Assembly (NCBI GenBank): GCA_947588785.1
Contig: CANPZN010000002.1
Location: 2,123-66,122 of the forward strand
Length of the DNA: 64,000 bases
Origin: Candidatus Gastranaerophilales bacterium
Lineage (GTDB): Bacteria; Cyanobacteriota; Vampirovibrionia; Gastranaerophilales; Gastranaerophilaceae
Reading direction: 5' to 3'
Positions within the stretch are counted from its first letter, which is position 1. The number at the start of each line of letters is the position of its first letter. Below, one piece after another: positions 1 to 11,142 of this stretch. The notes beneath the pieces were generated by a model, which was not told the DNA's origin, did no database searches, and saw only the letters and a list, made by a program, of their open reading frames with translations. Position numbers and translations under genes: made by a program.

Positions 1-2
1 CA

Positions 3-332
3 ATTACTTCTATTCAAGAAAATCATTATAATGGCAGAGCTCAAAAAATTTGTAAGAATGTGGGAAAAATTTCAGGTTTTGGATTGAGTTCAGCATATGT
101 GGCTAAAAACTATAAAGATGTTTATTCACAAATGGCAGAAAAAGTTGCAATAGAAACAAAAGGTAAACGTATTGCAGCTACAAGTGCTTGCTGTGCTATC
201 TTCGTAGGTGCTTCTATGTTGGCCGGTAAACTTATTGGTTCATTTATTGGCAAACAAATAGATAAACATAATCAAACTCCTGTAGAAGGACAAATGTTGT
301 GCGATAAAAATTCAAAAAATTGTGTTGCATAA
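3..332 (+). CDS. 3' end of a CDS entering from the left edge; hydrophobic C-terminal segment, function unknown
   Basis: The frame of the 60..332 ORF stays open back to nt 3, so the GTG at 60 is probably internal. Hydrophobic stretch AATSACCAIFVGASMLAG. Confidence 0.4.
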   Translation: MTSIQENHYNGRAQKICKNVGKISGFGLSSAYVAKNYKDVYSQMAEKVAIETKGKRIAATSACCAIFVGASMLAGKLIGSFIGKQIDKHNQTPVEGQMLCDKNSKNCVA

Positions 333-339
333 AATATCA

Positions 340-459
340 GAGTGACGGATTGAAAAGATTACAAAAAACATTTTCGAGCTTTAAGTCGTCAAAAAAACGG
401 AGTTTGAGCAACTATAAGGTTTATATAGGCAAGCAAAAAGTTGCGACATTGGATTAAAT
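340..459 (+). repeat. Copy R1 of the G+C-rich modular intergenic repeat family
   Basis: Modules GTGACGGATTGAAAA ... TTTATATAGGCAAG ... TTGCGACATTGGATTAAAT. The tail matches 58351-58387 and 24031-24049. Confidence 0.7.
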
Positions 460-478
460 AATCAAATATAGAAAAATT

Positions 479-507
479 AAATCCTTAATAATTTTTATTA
501 AGGATTT
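479..507. terminator. Bidirectional hairpin terminator between convergent genes
   Basis: Perfect 11-bp inverted repeat AAATCCTTAAT (479-489) / ATTAAGGATTT (497-507) with a 7-nt loop and A/T runs on both sides. It overlaps the uvrA stop codon. Confidence 0.6.
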
Positions 508-3332
508 TTTAACATTTTTTTTAGATATTGTCCGGTAAATGAATTTTTGACTTTTGCAACTTCTTCAGGTGTACCTTGAGCAACAATACTACCACCTTCA
601 TCTCCTCCTTGAGGCCCTAAATCAATTATATGATCGACGGTTTTAATTAAATCAAGATTATGTTCTATAATAAGGATAGTATTACCTGCGTCTGCAAGTT
701 TATTTATAATTTTAATTAGTTTGTCCAAATCATACCAATGAAGTCCGACAGTAGGTTCATCTAATAAGTATAAAGTTTTTCCTGTTGCACGTTTATTAAG
801 CTCACTGGCAAGTTTTATTCTTTGAGCTTCGCCACCTGAAAGTGTAGTTGCACTTTGACCAAGTTTCATATATCCCAACCCTACATCATTTAGTGTTTGA
901 AGTCTTGTTCTGATTTTAGGGATATTTTCAAAAAAATTAAGTGCTTCAGAAATAGTCATATCAAGAACTTCCGAGATATTTTTTCCGTTATATCTAACTT
1001 CAAGAGTTTCTCTGTTATATCTTTGTCCTTTGCAGACATTACATTTAATATAAACGTCAGAAAGGAAATTCATCTCAATTCTGGTTAAACCATCGCCTCC
1101 ACAGGCTTCACAACGACCTCCTTTTAGATTAAAACTGAATCTTCCAGCATTGTATCCCCTGACTTTGGCTTCCGGAGTTTTTGCAAATAACTCTCTAATA
1201 TATGTAAAGACATCTGTATATGTGGCCGGATTTGATCTTGGCGTTCTGCCTATTGGACTTTGGTCTATACATATTACTTTATCAATGTTTTCAAATCCGT
1301 CAATTCTATCTACTCCTTGAGGTTTTGGTTTATTTTTATTTAATTTATGGATGGAATATTGATAAATTATTTCATTCATTAATGTAGATTTTCCGCTTCC
1401 TGAAATTCCGGTTAAAGCAATAACTTTCCCGAGCGGGATATTAACATCAATATTTTTTAAATTATTTTTATATGCATTTTTAATTTCTAAATATTTTCCG
1501 TTGCCTTGTCGTCTTGTTGAAGGTATCGCAATATATTTTTCTCCGCTTAAATATTGACCCGTTATAGATTTTTTGCATTTTATTATATCTTCTAATGTAC
1601 CTTGTGCTATTATTTTACCTCCGTTAACACCGGCATATAATCCTATGTCCACAATATGATCCGCACTCCTTATTGTATCTTCATCATGTTCTACAACAAT
1701 AAGTGTGTTGCCAAGGTTTCTTAATCTTATAAGTGTTTTAATAAGCATATCATTGTTGTATTGATGTAAACCAATGGAAGGTTCATCTAAAACATATAAT
1801 ACACCGGATAACCCACTTCCTATTTGTGTCGCGAGTCTGATTCTTTGAGCTTCTCCGCCGGATAATGTGGATGCCATTCTCGCAAGATTTAGATAACTTA
1901 ATCCTACATCTAACATAAATTTAAGTCTGGCACTAATTTCTTCTAAGATCTGTTTCGCTATCGTTAATTTGTAATCATCTAATTCCAGATATAAATCTGA
2001 AAAAAACTTGTAACAGTCTTTTATTGATAATGTACATACTTCATAAATATTTTTTCCTCCGACAGTAACAGCAAGAGAAAATGGTTTTAATCTGGCTCCT
2101 TTACATTCATTACAAGGAATTTGCGACATGTATTCTTGAATTTGTCCTCTGATTTCATCAGAATTAGATTCTTCATATTTTTTCATAAAATAAGGAATTA
2201 CACCGGAAAATGGTCTGGTTTGAGTTATATATCTTGTTCCGCCAAATTCTTTAAATCTTAATTTTATGCAATCTTTTCCACTTCCATATAAAATGATATT
2301 TTTATGTTCTTCTGATAATTCTTCAAAAGGAGTATCTAAATTAATTCCATAGTGATTAGCTACTGATGATAAAATATCAATATAATATGGGTTCCCTGTT
2401 TTAGCCCAGGGATAAATAGCTCCTCCCTTTAAAGATTTTGTTTTATCCGGTATTAGAAGATCAGGATCCATTTCAAAATGTGCTCCAAGTCCTGAACAAG
2501 ACGGGCATGCTCCATAAGGATTATTGAAACTGAATATTCTTGGTGCTAATTCTTCAAAACTTAAATTACAATTGGGACATGCAAGTTTTTCACTAAAAAT
2601 CATTTCATTTGCACCAATAACATCGATAATTAATAATCCGTCTGATTTTTTTAGTGCTATTTGAGCAGAATCAGTAAGCCTTGATTTTGCACTTTCTTTA
2701 ATAACCAATCTATCAACAACAACTTCAATTGTATGTTTTTGCGTTTTATTCAGTTCGATTTCATCTTCATCTAAATTAAAAACTTTTCCGTCAACTCTTA
2801 CTCTTACAAAGCCTTCTTGTTTCAATTCGTTAAATAATGAAGAAAATTCACCTTTTTTCCCTCTGACCACAGGTGAAAGAATTTGAATTTTAGTACCTTC
2901 ACTTAATGTATATATTTTATCAACAATTTCATCAATGGATTGTGGTGCAATTTCACAACCACAATTGGGACAATGAGGAATACCTATTCTTGCATATAAC
3001 AGCCTAAGATAATCATATATTTCAGTTACAGTGCCGACTGTAGATCTCGGATTGTTGTTTGTTGATTTTTGATCTATGGAAATTGAAGGTGATAAGCCTT
3101 CAATGCTTTCAACGTCAGGTTTATCGAGTTGACCTAAAAATTGTCTTGCATAGTTTGAAAGACTTTCCACATACCTTCTTTGTCCTTCGGCAAAAATAGT
3201 ATCAAATGCAAGTGAGCTTTTTCCGGAACCTGAAATTCCCGTAAAAACTATAAGTTCATTTTTCGGTAATTCTAAACTTACATTTTTTAAATTATGTTGA
3301 TTTGCTTTTCTAATAATAATTTTATCGTTCAT
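498..3332 (-). CDS. uvrA: Excinuclease ABC subunit A
   Basis: 944 aa. Two ABC ATPase modules ([22 protein letters not shown], two LSGGEAQR signatures) and zinc-finger CxxC pairs. Confidence 0.97.
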   Translation of the reverse strand: MNDKIIIRKANQHNLKNVSLELPKNELIVFTGISGSGKSSLAFDTIFAEGQRRYVESLSNYARQFLGQLDKPDVESIEGLSPSISIDQKSTNNNPRSTVGTVTEIYDYLRLLYARIGIPHCPNCGCEIAPQSIDEIVDKIYTLSEGTKIQILSPVVRGKKGEFSSLFNELKQEGFVRVRVDGKVFNLDEDEIELNKTQKHTIEVVVDRLVIKESAKSRLTDSAQIALKKSDGLLIIDVIGANEMIFSEKLACPNCNLSFEELAPRIFSFNNPYGACPSCSGLGAHFEMDPDLLIPDKTKSLKGGAIYPWAKTGNPYYIDILSSVANHYGINLDTPFEELSEEHKNIILYGSGKDCIKLRFKEFGGTRYITQTRPFSGVIPYFMKKYEESNSDEIRGQIQEYMSQIPCNECKGARLKPFSLAVTVGGKNIYEVCTLSIKDCYKFFSDLYLELDDYKLTIAKQILEEISARLKFMLDVGLSYLNLARMASTLSGGEAQRIRLATQIGSGLSGVLYVLDEPSIGLHQYNNDMLIKTLIRLRNLGNTLIVVEHDEDTIRSADHIVDIGLYAGVNGGKIIAQGTLEDIIKCKKSITGQYLSGEKYIAIPSTRRQGNGKYLEIKNAYKNNLKNIDVNIPLGKVIALTGISGSGKSTLMNEIIYQYSIHKLNKNKPKPQGVDRIDGFENIDKVICIDQSPIGRTPRSNPATYTDVFTYIRELFAKTPEAKVRGYNAGRFSFNLKGGRCEACGGDGLTRIEMNFLSDVYIKCNVCKGQRYNRETLEVRYNGKNISEVLDMTISEALNFFENIPKIRTRLQTLNDVGLGYMKLGQSATTLSGGEAQRIKLASELNKRATGKTLYLLDEPTVGLHWYDLDKLIKIINKLADAGNTILIIEHNLDLIKTVDHIIDLGPQGGDEGGSIVAQGTPEEVAKVKNSFTGQYLKKMLKNP

Positions 3333-3353
3333 AGTATTATTATGACATGAAAT

Positions 3354-4433
3354 TTATATTCTGAAACTTGTAGATAATTTAAATCTTTGTTTTATTGTTG
3401 AGCTATTATTGTACTGATTTGACGCATTGAATTCAATTTCTAAATTATTTTTATTTTTAAATGGTTTATAAGTCAAAACAAGCTCATCTTGATTATTTTC
3501 TCTTGTAATATTTCTAATAAACCTTGTTTTTAAAGTGAGTGATTTTGAGATTTGAAATTCAGGTATAAAATAAACACTTGTGTCACAATCCAACGAATTA
3601 GTATATTTGCTTTGACCTATTTGTGCATTTAATTTTAATCTTTTGTAGGTATATTCACCGAACAATCCGCCTGTAGTTTTATTACAATCTTGTTCTTCAT
3701 TAGCAAAATAAGCTCCGCCAAAACTTATACTGCCTGTTTTCTTTGGAAGTTTTAGCATTGATGATGATAAAATTGCACCGCCTGAGGCTGCTTGATTAAA
3801 TGAAGAATTAAAAGAACCTATTGCTAAATTAAATAAATCTCCTTTATATGAGATAACAGAACCGGTATTGTAGGTTGATTCATTTGCTCTTACAAATAAA
3901 ACTGATGTTGAAATTGCATCATTTAAAAATGTTTGTCCCAATGAGGCATTAAGAGATTTTGATAATGAAGTTCCTATTGATTGTGAGTTTATAATTCCCG
4001 GAATTGGTGCCATTTGTCTGGAATTAGTTAAAAAAGCGTGTGAAAATGACTTTGATTCATCCCATATCATATTTTCGGCTTTTATTTTTTGTTCTATTTT
4101 GTATTGTGTTTCATTAATATGTAATTTATAGATTCTGCCTTCATTAATGGAATCCAGGGCAGAATTACTCGTATCTTCAAGATTAAGTTCAATTGCATTG
4201 TTGTTATACCTGTTTGCTAAATCTATAATTGCTTCTTCTTCAAAGGAATCGTCAATTTGTTTTGTTTCAGGTGCAATCGATTGATCGGGTTCATTAATTT
4301 CAAATGTTTCTTTATATCTTCCAATGTCAATAAAACTGCCTGTATTGATGTTATTTTTTTCATTGGATTTAGCAAATATAGGCATCGCAGAAATGCAAAA
4401 TAGTATTATTAATGATAAAATTAGCTGTTTCAT
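3354..4433 (-). CDS. Secreted protein with signal peptide, possibly an outer-membrane beta-barrel
   Basis: Start moved to MKQLILSLIILFCISAMPIFA (signal-peptide-like). S/N/T/G-rich alternating C-terminal half. No family recognised. Confidence 0.45.
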   Translation of the reverse strand: MKQLILSLIILFCISAMPIFAKSNEKNNINTGSFIDIGRYKETFEINEPDQSIAPETKQIDDSFEEEAIIDLANRYNNNAIELNLEDTSNSALDSINEGRIYKLHINETQYKIEQKIKAENMIWDESKSFSHAFLTNSRQMAPIPGIINSQSIGTSLSKSLNASLGQTFLNDAISTSVLFVRANESTYNTGSVISYKGDLFNLAIGSFNSSFNQAASGGAILSSSMLKLPKKTGSISFGGAYFANEEQDCNKTTGGLFGEYTYKRLKLNAQIGQSKYTNSLDCDTSVYFIPEFQISKSLTLKTRFIRNITRENNQDELVLTYKPFKNKNNLEIEFNASNQYNNSSTIKQRFKLSTSFRI

Positions 4434-4720
4434 AGTTTTATTTTGCTGTAAAAATATTATAATTTCAATCAACCAATTATTTGACAAATTTTATTAAAAG
4501 TAATATAAAATTTAAGATGGCATAAATAATATTGAATAATTATATAAAATATTAAGAAATATTAATATAAATTATAAAGGTGCAATTTGAGTATTATTAT
4601 TGAATTGTAAACCGATAATGATAAATTAAAATAAAAAAAATAATATATATTTTAAAAAATACTAGCAAAAAAAATTTTGAACAGGGTTTAAAACATATTG
4701 CGAAAGAAATAAACACGGAG

Positions 4721-5098
4721 ATGACAATGACAGAAATAAATAATAATTTACATGGATTCGAGCTTAATAATGTAGAAAAAACAAAAATACCAAAAGTGAA
4801 AGAAGAAAGAATACAAGGAACGGAAACACCTGAACAGGAAGAGTCTAAAAATATAGTGCCGGATACAGGTGTACTTGGACGTTCACAAATTAGAAGCAAA
4901 AAAGGTTCGGATGTCACAAAAAGTGTTGATGAGGCAGTAGATTTAGCCAAAAATAATCCTGTTTTAATGAATGCAAGTGATAAAATTTTTAATAGTATTT
5001 ATGATGATTATATAAAACAGGGAATTGATCCTTCTGATGCTTATATTAAGGCATTATTGGCAGAAGAAGAATTTTGTGAGCTTGGAAAATCAATATAG
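4721..5098 (+). CDS. Hypothetical protein (125 aa)
   Basis: ORF with GGAG just upstream; the second in-frame ATG at 4727 has better SD spacing. No recognisable motif. Confidence 0.5.
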   Translation: MTMTEINNNLHGFELNNVEKTKIPKVKEERIQGTETPEQEESKNIVPDTGVLGRSQIRSKKGSDVTKSVDEAVDLAKNNPVLMNASDKIFNSIYDDYIKQGIDPSDAYIKALLAEEEFCELGKSI

Positions 5099-5107
5099 AA
5101 ATTGTTT

Positions 5108-5140
5108 GCAGCCATATGGCTTACTGTGACAGGATTAAAT
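5108..5140 (+). repeat. Short fragment of the repeat family (palindrome plus GTGACAGGATTAAAT terminal module)
   Basis: AGCCATATGGCT palindrome (5110-5121) followed by GTGACAGGATTAAAT (5126-5140). Confidence 0.5.
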
Positions 5141-5208
5141 AAAAACTATTGATAAGTTTTATTTCTGGTGTTAATATTATCTAGTTGTTTTATTAAAGAA
5201 GTAAATAT

Positions 5209-5955
5209 ATGATAGATATTAAACCGAAAGAAGCAAAAGATAGAATAATACTTGCATTAGATGTAGATAGTATAGAAGAAGTAAAAAGGCTGGTTGATCT
5301 GTTAAAGGATTATGTCGGCTTTTTTAAGGTAGGAATGCAGTTATTTACTGCTTGTGGTTATGAAGCAGTAGAGGTTATAAGAGAAAATGGCGGGAAGGTA
5401 TATTTTGATTGTAAGTTTCAAGATATACCAAATACTGTTGAGCAAACAAGTATAAATATAATGAAGAGGGGCGTTGATTTTTTCAATATCAGTGCAACCG
5501 GAGGCTCGAAAATGATGACGGGTGTTGTTTCTGCTTGTAATGCTTTTGCGAAAAAGATTAAAACAGAACCTCCGATAATATTAGCGGTGACATTATTATC
5601 AAGTTTCGGACAAAAAACTCTTACAAATGAACTTGGAGTAGAAATGAATATATCTTCATATGTATTTAAATTAGCTCAAGTTGCGAAAGAATCAGGGGTA
5701 AATGGAGTGGTAGTTCCATATACTGATGCCGGAAAAATAAAACAGGAATTAGGGGAAAGTTTTATAGTAGTATGTCCAGCGGTAAGACCCACCTGGGCAA
5801 TGGTAAATGATCAGATAAGAATTGTTTCTCCGACTGAGGCAATAAAGGCTGGAGTAGATTATATGGTAATAGGACGTCCGATTACCATGGCACATGATCC
5901 TGTAGCGGCTGTTAAATTGATTATAGCTGAAATTGAAGATGCACTTAATAAATAG
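5209..5955 (+). CDS. pyrF: Orotidine 5'-phosphate decarboxylase
   Basis: ILALDV...FFKVG...DCKFQDIPNTV...IGRPI motifs typical of OMP decarboxylase. Confidence 0.9.
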   Translation: MIDIKPKEAKDRIILALDVDSIEEVKRLVDLLKDYVGFFKVGMQLFTACGYEAVEVIRENGGKVYFDCKFQDIPNTVEQTSINIMKRGVDFFNISATGGSKMMTGVVSACNAFAKKIKTEPPIILAVTLLSSFGQKTLTNELGVEMNISSYVFKLAQVAKESGVNGVVVPYTDAGKIKQELGESFIVVCPAVRPTWAMVNDQIRIVSPTEAIKAGVDYMVIGRPITMAHDPVAAVKLIIAEIEDALNK

Positions 5956-5967
5956 AAGGTTGTATAT

Positions 5968-7089
5968 ATGATAATAGGTGTTCCGAAAGAAATTAAAATA
6001 AAAGAAGATCGTGTAGCTTTAACTCCTGACGGTGCAAAGGTGCTTGTTAATAATGGACATAGAGTATATGTAGAAAAATCGGCAGGTGATGGAAGCGGAT
6101 TTTCAGATCAAGAATATATAGACGCAGGTGCTGAAATATTAAAAACACCTGAAGAAATATATAAAACGGCAAATATTATTGTAAAGGTAAAAGAACCATT
6201 ACCACAGGAATATAAATTATTAGAAAAAGATAAAATTATTTTTACATATTTACATCTGGCAGTAGAAATGTCTTTAACCAAAGAATTATTGAATAAAAAA
6301 GTGACCGGAATCGCTTATGAAACTATTCAGACACAAAACGGAGAACTTCCGTTATTACTTCCTATGAGTGAGGTTGCCGGAAAAATGTCTGTACAGATTG
6401 CAGCGAATCTGCTTGAAAATAGAAATGGCGGTGCAGGAATATTACTTGGCGGTATTGCCGGAGTACCTGCAGCTAATGTATTAATTGTAGGTGGAGGTCA
6501 AGTCGGATTGAATGCCGCAAAGATTGCTGTAGGTATGGGAGCTAATGTAAGTATAACCGATATTGATACAAATAAATTACGTTATATTGATAATTTGTTT
6601 GGAACAAAAATAAAAACATTTGTTTCTAATGAATCAACATTAAAAAAATTAGTTGCTGAATCTGATGTATTAATCGGAGCTGTTTTAATTCCCGGACATA
6701 AAGCACCTTGTCTTATAACAGAAGAAATGGTAAAAAGCATGAAAAAAGGTTCTGTAATTGTTGATGTATCTATTGATCAAGGTGGTATAGTAGAAACAAT
6801 AGACAGAATTACGACACATGAAAATCCTTCTTTTGAAAAGTATGGAGTTTTACATTATAGTGTAGCAAATATTCCGGGTAGTGTTGCAAGAACTTCAACA
6901 ATTGCACTTACTAATGAAACATTAAAATATATATTATTGATAGCTAATAATGGAATAATCGATGCAATAAAAAAGGATGAATCATTAGCAAAAGGGGTAA
7001 ATACATTTAAAGGGAAAATCACAAACAAAGGTGTTGCAGAAGCCTTAGACTTAGATTATACAGAACTTCCAAGTATTATAGGTTTCTAG
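5968..7089 (+). CDS. ald: Alanine dehydrogenase
   Basis: MIIGVPKEIKxxEDRVALTP N-terminus, Rossmann motif VGGGQVGLNAA, 373 aa. Confidence 0.92.
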   Translation: MIIGVPKEIKIKEDRVALTPDGAKVLVNNGHRVYVEKSAGDGSGFSDQEYIDAGAEILKTPEEIYKTANIIVKVKEPLPQEYKLLEKDKIIFTYLHLAVEMSLTKELLNKKVTGIAYETIQTQNGELPLLLPMSEVAGKMSVQIAANLLENRNGGAGILLGGIAGVPAANVLIVGGGQVGLNAAKIAVGMGANVSITDIDTNKLRYIDNLFGTKIKTFVSNESTLKKLVAESDVLIGAVLIPGHKAPCLITEEMVKSMKKGSVIVDVSIDQGGIVETIDRITTHENPSFEKYGVLHYSVANIPGSVARTSTIALTNETLKYILLIANNGIIDAIKKDESLAKGVNTFKGKITNKGVAEALDLDYTELPSIIGF

Positions 7090-8158
7090 GAATCAGATCA
7101 CAGCACATTTGACAGCCGGTAAAAACTTTTGAATAATAAAGATTTTTTCTAAAACATTTAAATTTTGGAGTATTTATTAATTCTTTTAATGACATATCTT
7201 TTAGGCTTCCTATTTTATAAGATAAACAAGGATAAACATCTCCTTCCGGAGTAATATAAATACTTGTCATAGGTATTTTACAGGGATAGTATAAATCTGA
7301 AATTGTTTTATTTGAAGAATTAAAGAAATGTCTGATTTTTTCACTGTCACCGACAGCATTAAATCTTGGAGCATATCTTAAAATAGTTTTTGAATTTTTA
7401 GATATACTTTCAAGTTCTTTATATATTTCTAAAAAATGATCAAGATTAAAATAACATTCAATAGGATATTGGTTTAAATAAAACTCTTGGGAAAATTCGT
7501 TCCAAAGTTTTGAATTTTGTCTTAATGGTTGTTTACGTAAAAAAGTTAAAGAAAAGAATTGAGCATTCAATTTAATTGATTCTTTATATAATAAAGGTAA
7601 GTCATCAAGATTATTTTCTAAAACACAAGTTTTGATATCAAGCATTGGGTGTGATTTAAAATTTCTTTTGGAATTAAAAGATTCAATATTATTAATTACC
7701 TTATCCCATAAGCCTTTACAGTTCCGATTAAAATCATGATTTTCTCCGTAACCGTCAAGTGATACGGAAAGAAGTAATAACTTATTTTTTATAAAAGAAT
7801 CTAAAATCTCATTAGTTAAAGCAAGTCCATTAGAAATAAGAGATATTTTTCTATATTTTTTACTTGCGTATTCATAAATTTTTATAAAATCTTTTTTCAG
7901 AATTACTTCACCAGCGACCATTGATAATAGAGAAAAAGGGGGAATTTGATCTAAAATATTAAACCATTCTTGTGTAGAGAGTTCATTTTTATTTCTATTT
8001 TCGGTTATATAGCAAAAAGGGCATCTTAAATTACAATTATAAGTTAATTCTAATAGATATCTTACAGGCATTTTTATTTTTCCTGATTTTGGATCGAAAG
8101 AGAAATCCGCATATAGATTTCTAAGATAATCAAATAAAAAACTTCCGTTAATTCTCAT
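7076..8158 (-). CDS. Radical SAM enzyme with C-terminal SPASM/twitch-like Cys cluster
   Basis: CNLRCPFC (CxxxCxxC) near the N-terminus. C-terminal CKIP..x..PC...GCQMCC cysteine cluster. 14-nt convergent overlap with ald. Confidence 0.8.
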   Translation of the reverse strand: MRINGSFLFDYLRNLYADFSFDPKSGKIKMPVRYLLELTYNCNLRCPFCYITENRNKNELSTQEWFNILDQIPPFSLLSMVAGEVILKKDFIKIYEYASKKYRKISLISNGLALTNEILDSFIKNKLLLLSVSLDGYGENHDFNRNCKGLWDKVINNIESFNSKRNFKSHPMLDIKTCVLENNLDDLPLLYKESIKLNAQFFSLTFLRKQPLRQNSKLWNEFSQEFYLNQYPIECYFNLDHFLEIYKELESISKNSKTILRYAPRFNAVGDSEKIRHFFNSSNKTISDLYYPCKIPMTSIYITPEGDVYPCLSYKIGSLKDMSLKELINTPKFKCFRKNLYYSKVFTGCQMCCDLIPRNL

Positions 8159-8196
8159 ATTTATCCTTTAATTAATTGAAATGTTGTAGTAGTTTT

Positions 8197-8280
8197 CAGT
8201 TTTTGAACTCAAGTCGAAAATAATCATTTTGTAATTCTGTTTAAGTTTTGAATCCTCAAAATTTACTCGGACAATTTTAA
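8197..8280 (+). repeat. Degenerate copy (R2) of the intergenic repeat family
   Basis: TTGAACTCAAGTCGAAAATAATC resembles R1 TTCGAGCTTTAAGTCGTCAAAAA. Ends in CTCGGACAATTTTAATT. Confidence 0.4.
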
Positions 8281-8406
8281 TTATAAATATAATAAAAATT
8301 TTTGTTAATAAATTTTAATGAAAATTAAATATGTGGCAATTTAAATTAAAAAAAATTTTTTATTAATATATAGATAATGGGGAACACAGAAACAGGGGAT
8401 TAAATT

Positions 8407-8661
8407 ATGGCTGTTGGAGCTAGGGATAAAATTGATCGTGAATTAGTAAGAAAATATGCTAAATTAAAAATGGATAATCCGGAAACAACTAAATTAGTTG
8501 ATTCACAAAAAATGTTATCAGCAATGAATGATTATGCAATGATGCAAAGAAGTATGATGGAGATGAATGCAAAACTGAAGAATATATGTTCTGATGTTAC
8601 ATCTAAATCGGTTGTATATTTGAGGTTGAACTTTAATCCTCCGAAACCGAAGAAAAGATAA
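8407..8661 (+). CDS. Hypothetical small protein (84 aa, Met-rich)
   Basis: ORF preceded by GGGGATTAAAT one nt before the ATG. No recognisable family. Confidence 0.4.
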   Translation: MAVGARDKIDRELVRKYAKLKMDNPETTKLVDSQKMLSAMNDYAMMQRSMMEMNAKLKNICSDVTSKSVVYLRLNFNPPKPKKR

Positions 8662-8714
8662 AGCCGCTTCAGAATTTCGCCTTCATTGAGAGCATGCGAA
8701 ATTTTTCAGACAAT
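8662..8714 (+). repeat. Repeat-family hairpin module (R3)
   Basis: AATTTCGC - 15 nt - GCGAAATT stem-loop, the same stem sequence as in R7, R9 and R15. Confidence 0.55.
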
Positions 8715-8725
8715 ATTATATTTTC

Positions 8726-8769
8726 AAGTGATTAATTTTAAATTACAATGTATTTAGAATTAATCACTT
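8726..8769. promoter_or_regulatory. 12-bp perfect inverted repeat upstream of maf (terminator or operator)
   Basis: AAGTGATTAATT (8726-8737) / AATTAATCACTT (8758-8769) with a 20-nt spacer. Confidence 0.3.
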
Positions 8770-8804
8770 TGACGTTTGTAATTACATAAAAAAGTCATGA
8801 GCCT

Positions 8805-9377
8805 ATGAAAAAAATAATATTAGCTTCGACCTCACCGAGAAGAAAACAATTGTTAGATGAATTAGGTATTGTATTTGATATAGTAAGTCCTGATTATGAT
8901 GAATGTATAATAAATAAACCGTTTAGCTATGATCTTACGGAACAAACGGCAATTAATAAAGCAGAGTCTGTAAAATTAAAGATTAATGTATCATCTGTTA
9001 TAATTGCCGCTGATACCGTGGTAGTTTTTGACAATATAATTTTAGGAAAACCAAAAAATTATGATGAAGCAATGAAAATACTTTGTCGCTTAAGTGATAA
9101 TACTCATAAGGTTGTTACATCAGTATGTATAACAGATAAAGATACAAATAATCAAATTGTAAGATCAGAAACAAGTGAGGTAACTTTTAATAAAATAAAA
9201 ACAGAAGAAATAGAAAAATATATAAAAGAATTTCAACCGTTTGATAAAGCAGGAGCATATGGGATTCAGGAAATACCATCACATTTTATAAAAGAAATAA
9301 AAGGTGAATATAGCAATATAGTGGGTTTACCATTAAAAATAGTAGAAAGAATGCTAAAAGAAATCACAAAGATATAA
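8805..9377 (+). CDS. maf: Maf-like nucleoside triphosphate pyrophosphatase
   Basis: ILASTSPRRKQLL N-terminus, AADTVV, KAGAYGIQE motifs. Confidence 0.9.
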   Translation: MKKIILASTSPRRKQLLDELGIVFDIVSPDYDECIINKPFSYDLTEQTAINKAESVKLKINVSSVIIAADTVVVFDNIILGKPKNYDEAMKILCRLSDNTHKVVTSVCITDKDTNNQIVRSETSEVTFNKIKTEEIEKYIKEFQPFDKAGAYGIQEIPSHFIKEIKGEYSNIVGLPLKIVERMLKEITKI

Positions 9378-9397
9378 ATTTATTGTAAAATAATATT

Positions 9398-9482
9398 ATC
9401 CGAGAAAAAAATTCAATTTTGTAAGGATGTAAGAATAAAATTTTTTAGTGGACAGTTGAAAGGTTTGTGCCAAAAATTAAAT
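9398..9482 (+). repeat. Repeat-family copy (R4)
   Basis: TCCGAGAAAAAAATTC head and GTGGACAGTTGAAAGG...TGTGCCAAAAATTAAAT tail. Confidence 0.5.
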
Positions 9483-9508
9483 CATAAGGAGTTAAGAAGG
9501 AGATATAA

Positions 9509-10036
9509 ATGAACGGCATGCAGTTAGTAAAAGAAAAAGTTAGAAGTATTAAAGATTTTCCTATAGAAGGTGTAATATTCAGAGATATAACTACAGCCAT
9601 AAAAGATAAAGAAGCATTAAAAGAAATGATTAATTTCTTAACGGAAAAGTTTAAAAATAAAGGAATAGATTATGTTGCGGTAATAGAATCAAGAGGTTTT
9701 ATTTTTGGTTCGGCATTAGCGTATAATATAAATGCAGGGTGTATATTAATAAGAAAACCCGGAAAATTACCTGCGGAAACTATAAGTGAAGAGTATTCAT
9801 TGGAATATGGTACAGATAAATTGGAAATGCATAAAGATGCAATAGAACCGGGGAAGAATGTCATTATAATAGATGACTTATTAGCAACTGGCGGAACTGT
9901 AAATGCGGCATGTCGATTATTAAAGAAAGCCGGAGCAAATGTTAAAGCAGCAGCATTTATAATAGAATTAACTGAATTGAACGGAAGAAAGAATCTTCCT
10001 TCAGAAATAGAAGTAGTTTCAATGATTTCATATTAA
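9509..10036 (+). CDS. apt: Adenine phosphoribosyltransferase
   Basis: FRDIT, ESRGFIFG and PRPP-binding VIIIDDLLATGGT motifs. Confidence 0.93.
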   Translation: MNGMQLVKEKVRSIKDFPIEGVIFRDITTAIKDKEALKEMINFLTEKFKNKGIDYVAVIESRGFIFGSALAYNINAGCILIRKPGKLPAETISEEYSLEYGTDKLEMHKDAIEPGKNVIIIDDLLATGGTVNAACRLLKKAGANVKAAAFIIELTELNGRKNLPSEIEVVSMISY

Positions 10037-10053
10037 AACGGCGACGAATTTGA

Positions 10054-11127
10054 ATGGGTGACGAGAATAAACAATTTGAAGCAAGTCAGCAAAAACTTCA
10101 AAAGGCACGAAAAGAAGGTCAGGTAGTAAAATCAAAAGATTTTTCTACGGCACTTGCGTTGCTTGTAATGTTTATAGTTATATTAAAATTGTCGCCATTT
10201 ATATGGAATCAAATATCGCAATTATTTGTGTATTTATATGATAAAATTCCTGATAAACATTTGGATGAAATAGGATATACACATTTACTTGTATCAATAA
10301 TATTACCGTCAGCACTAATAATCGGGCCGATACTTGTAATGGCTGGATTTATGGGGATACTTGGGGATTTTATACAAGTAGGGCCTTTGGTAACAACTAA
10401 ACCATTAGAGCCGAAATTAGATAAATTAAATCCTGCAAAGTATTTTAAAAACTTAATGTCACCAAAAACTTTTTTTGAATTAGTAAAAAATATTCTGAAA
10501 GTAGTGATATTGGGAATAATAGGGTGGATGGTATATAATTCTCACTTGAGTGCAATAATAGGTTTAGCGAGTATAGATAATAGTTTTGCAGTATTAAATG
10601 AATTCGGATCATTAATAATAGATTTCGTAATGAAAGCATGTTTAGCTTTTTTGATCATAGCAGCAGCGGATTATGGGATGGTTCGATGGAAATTTTTACA
10701 AGATCAGAAAATGTCATTTAAAGAAGTAAAAGATGAATATAAGAACTCAGAAGGAGATCCGCATGTTAAAGCTGCATTAAGGCAAAGAAGACAGCAGATG
10801 TTACAGCAAAAAATGATGGATTCTGTGCCTGATTGTGATTTTATTGTAACTAATCCAACACATATAGCATGCGGATTAAAGTATGATCCGAAAGAGATGG
10901 AATCGCCAAAATTATTGGCAAAAGGAACAGAACTGTTTGCAAAAAAGATAATAGAAATAGCGAAGCAACATTCGATACCTGTAATAGAAAATCCGCCTGT
11001 AGCAAGAGCTATATTCAGGCTTGTAGAGGTTAATTCATCGATTCCTCCCGAATTATATAAAGCAGTAGCAGAAATTTTGATTTTTGTATACAATTTGCGT
11101 AATCCGAAAAAAGGTAGTAAAATATAA
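10054..11127 (+). CDS. flhB: Flagellar export apparatus protein FlhB
   Basis: N-terminal FEASQQKLQKARKEGQV, four TM segments, NPTH autocleavage motif (VTNPTHIA). Confidence 0.92.
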   Translation: MGDENKQFEASQQKLQKARKEGQVVKSKDFSTALALLVMFIVILKLSPFIWNQISQLFVYLYDKIPDKHLDEIGYTHLLVSIILPSALIIGPILVMAGFMGILGDFIQVGPLVTTKPLEPKLDKLNPAKYFKNLMSPKTFFELVKNILKVVILGIIGWMVYNSHLSAIIGLASIDNSFAVLNEFGSLIIDFVMKACLAFLIIAAADYGMVRWKFLQDQKMSFKEVKDEYKNSEGDPHVKAALRQRRQQMLQQKMMDSVPDCDFIVTNPTHIACGLKYDPKEMESPKLLAKGTELFAKKIIEIAKQHSIPVIENPPVARAIFRLVEVNSSIPPELYKAVAEILIFVYNLRNPKKGSKI

Positions 11128-11142
11128 TAGTGAGTTGATAGA

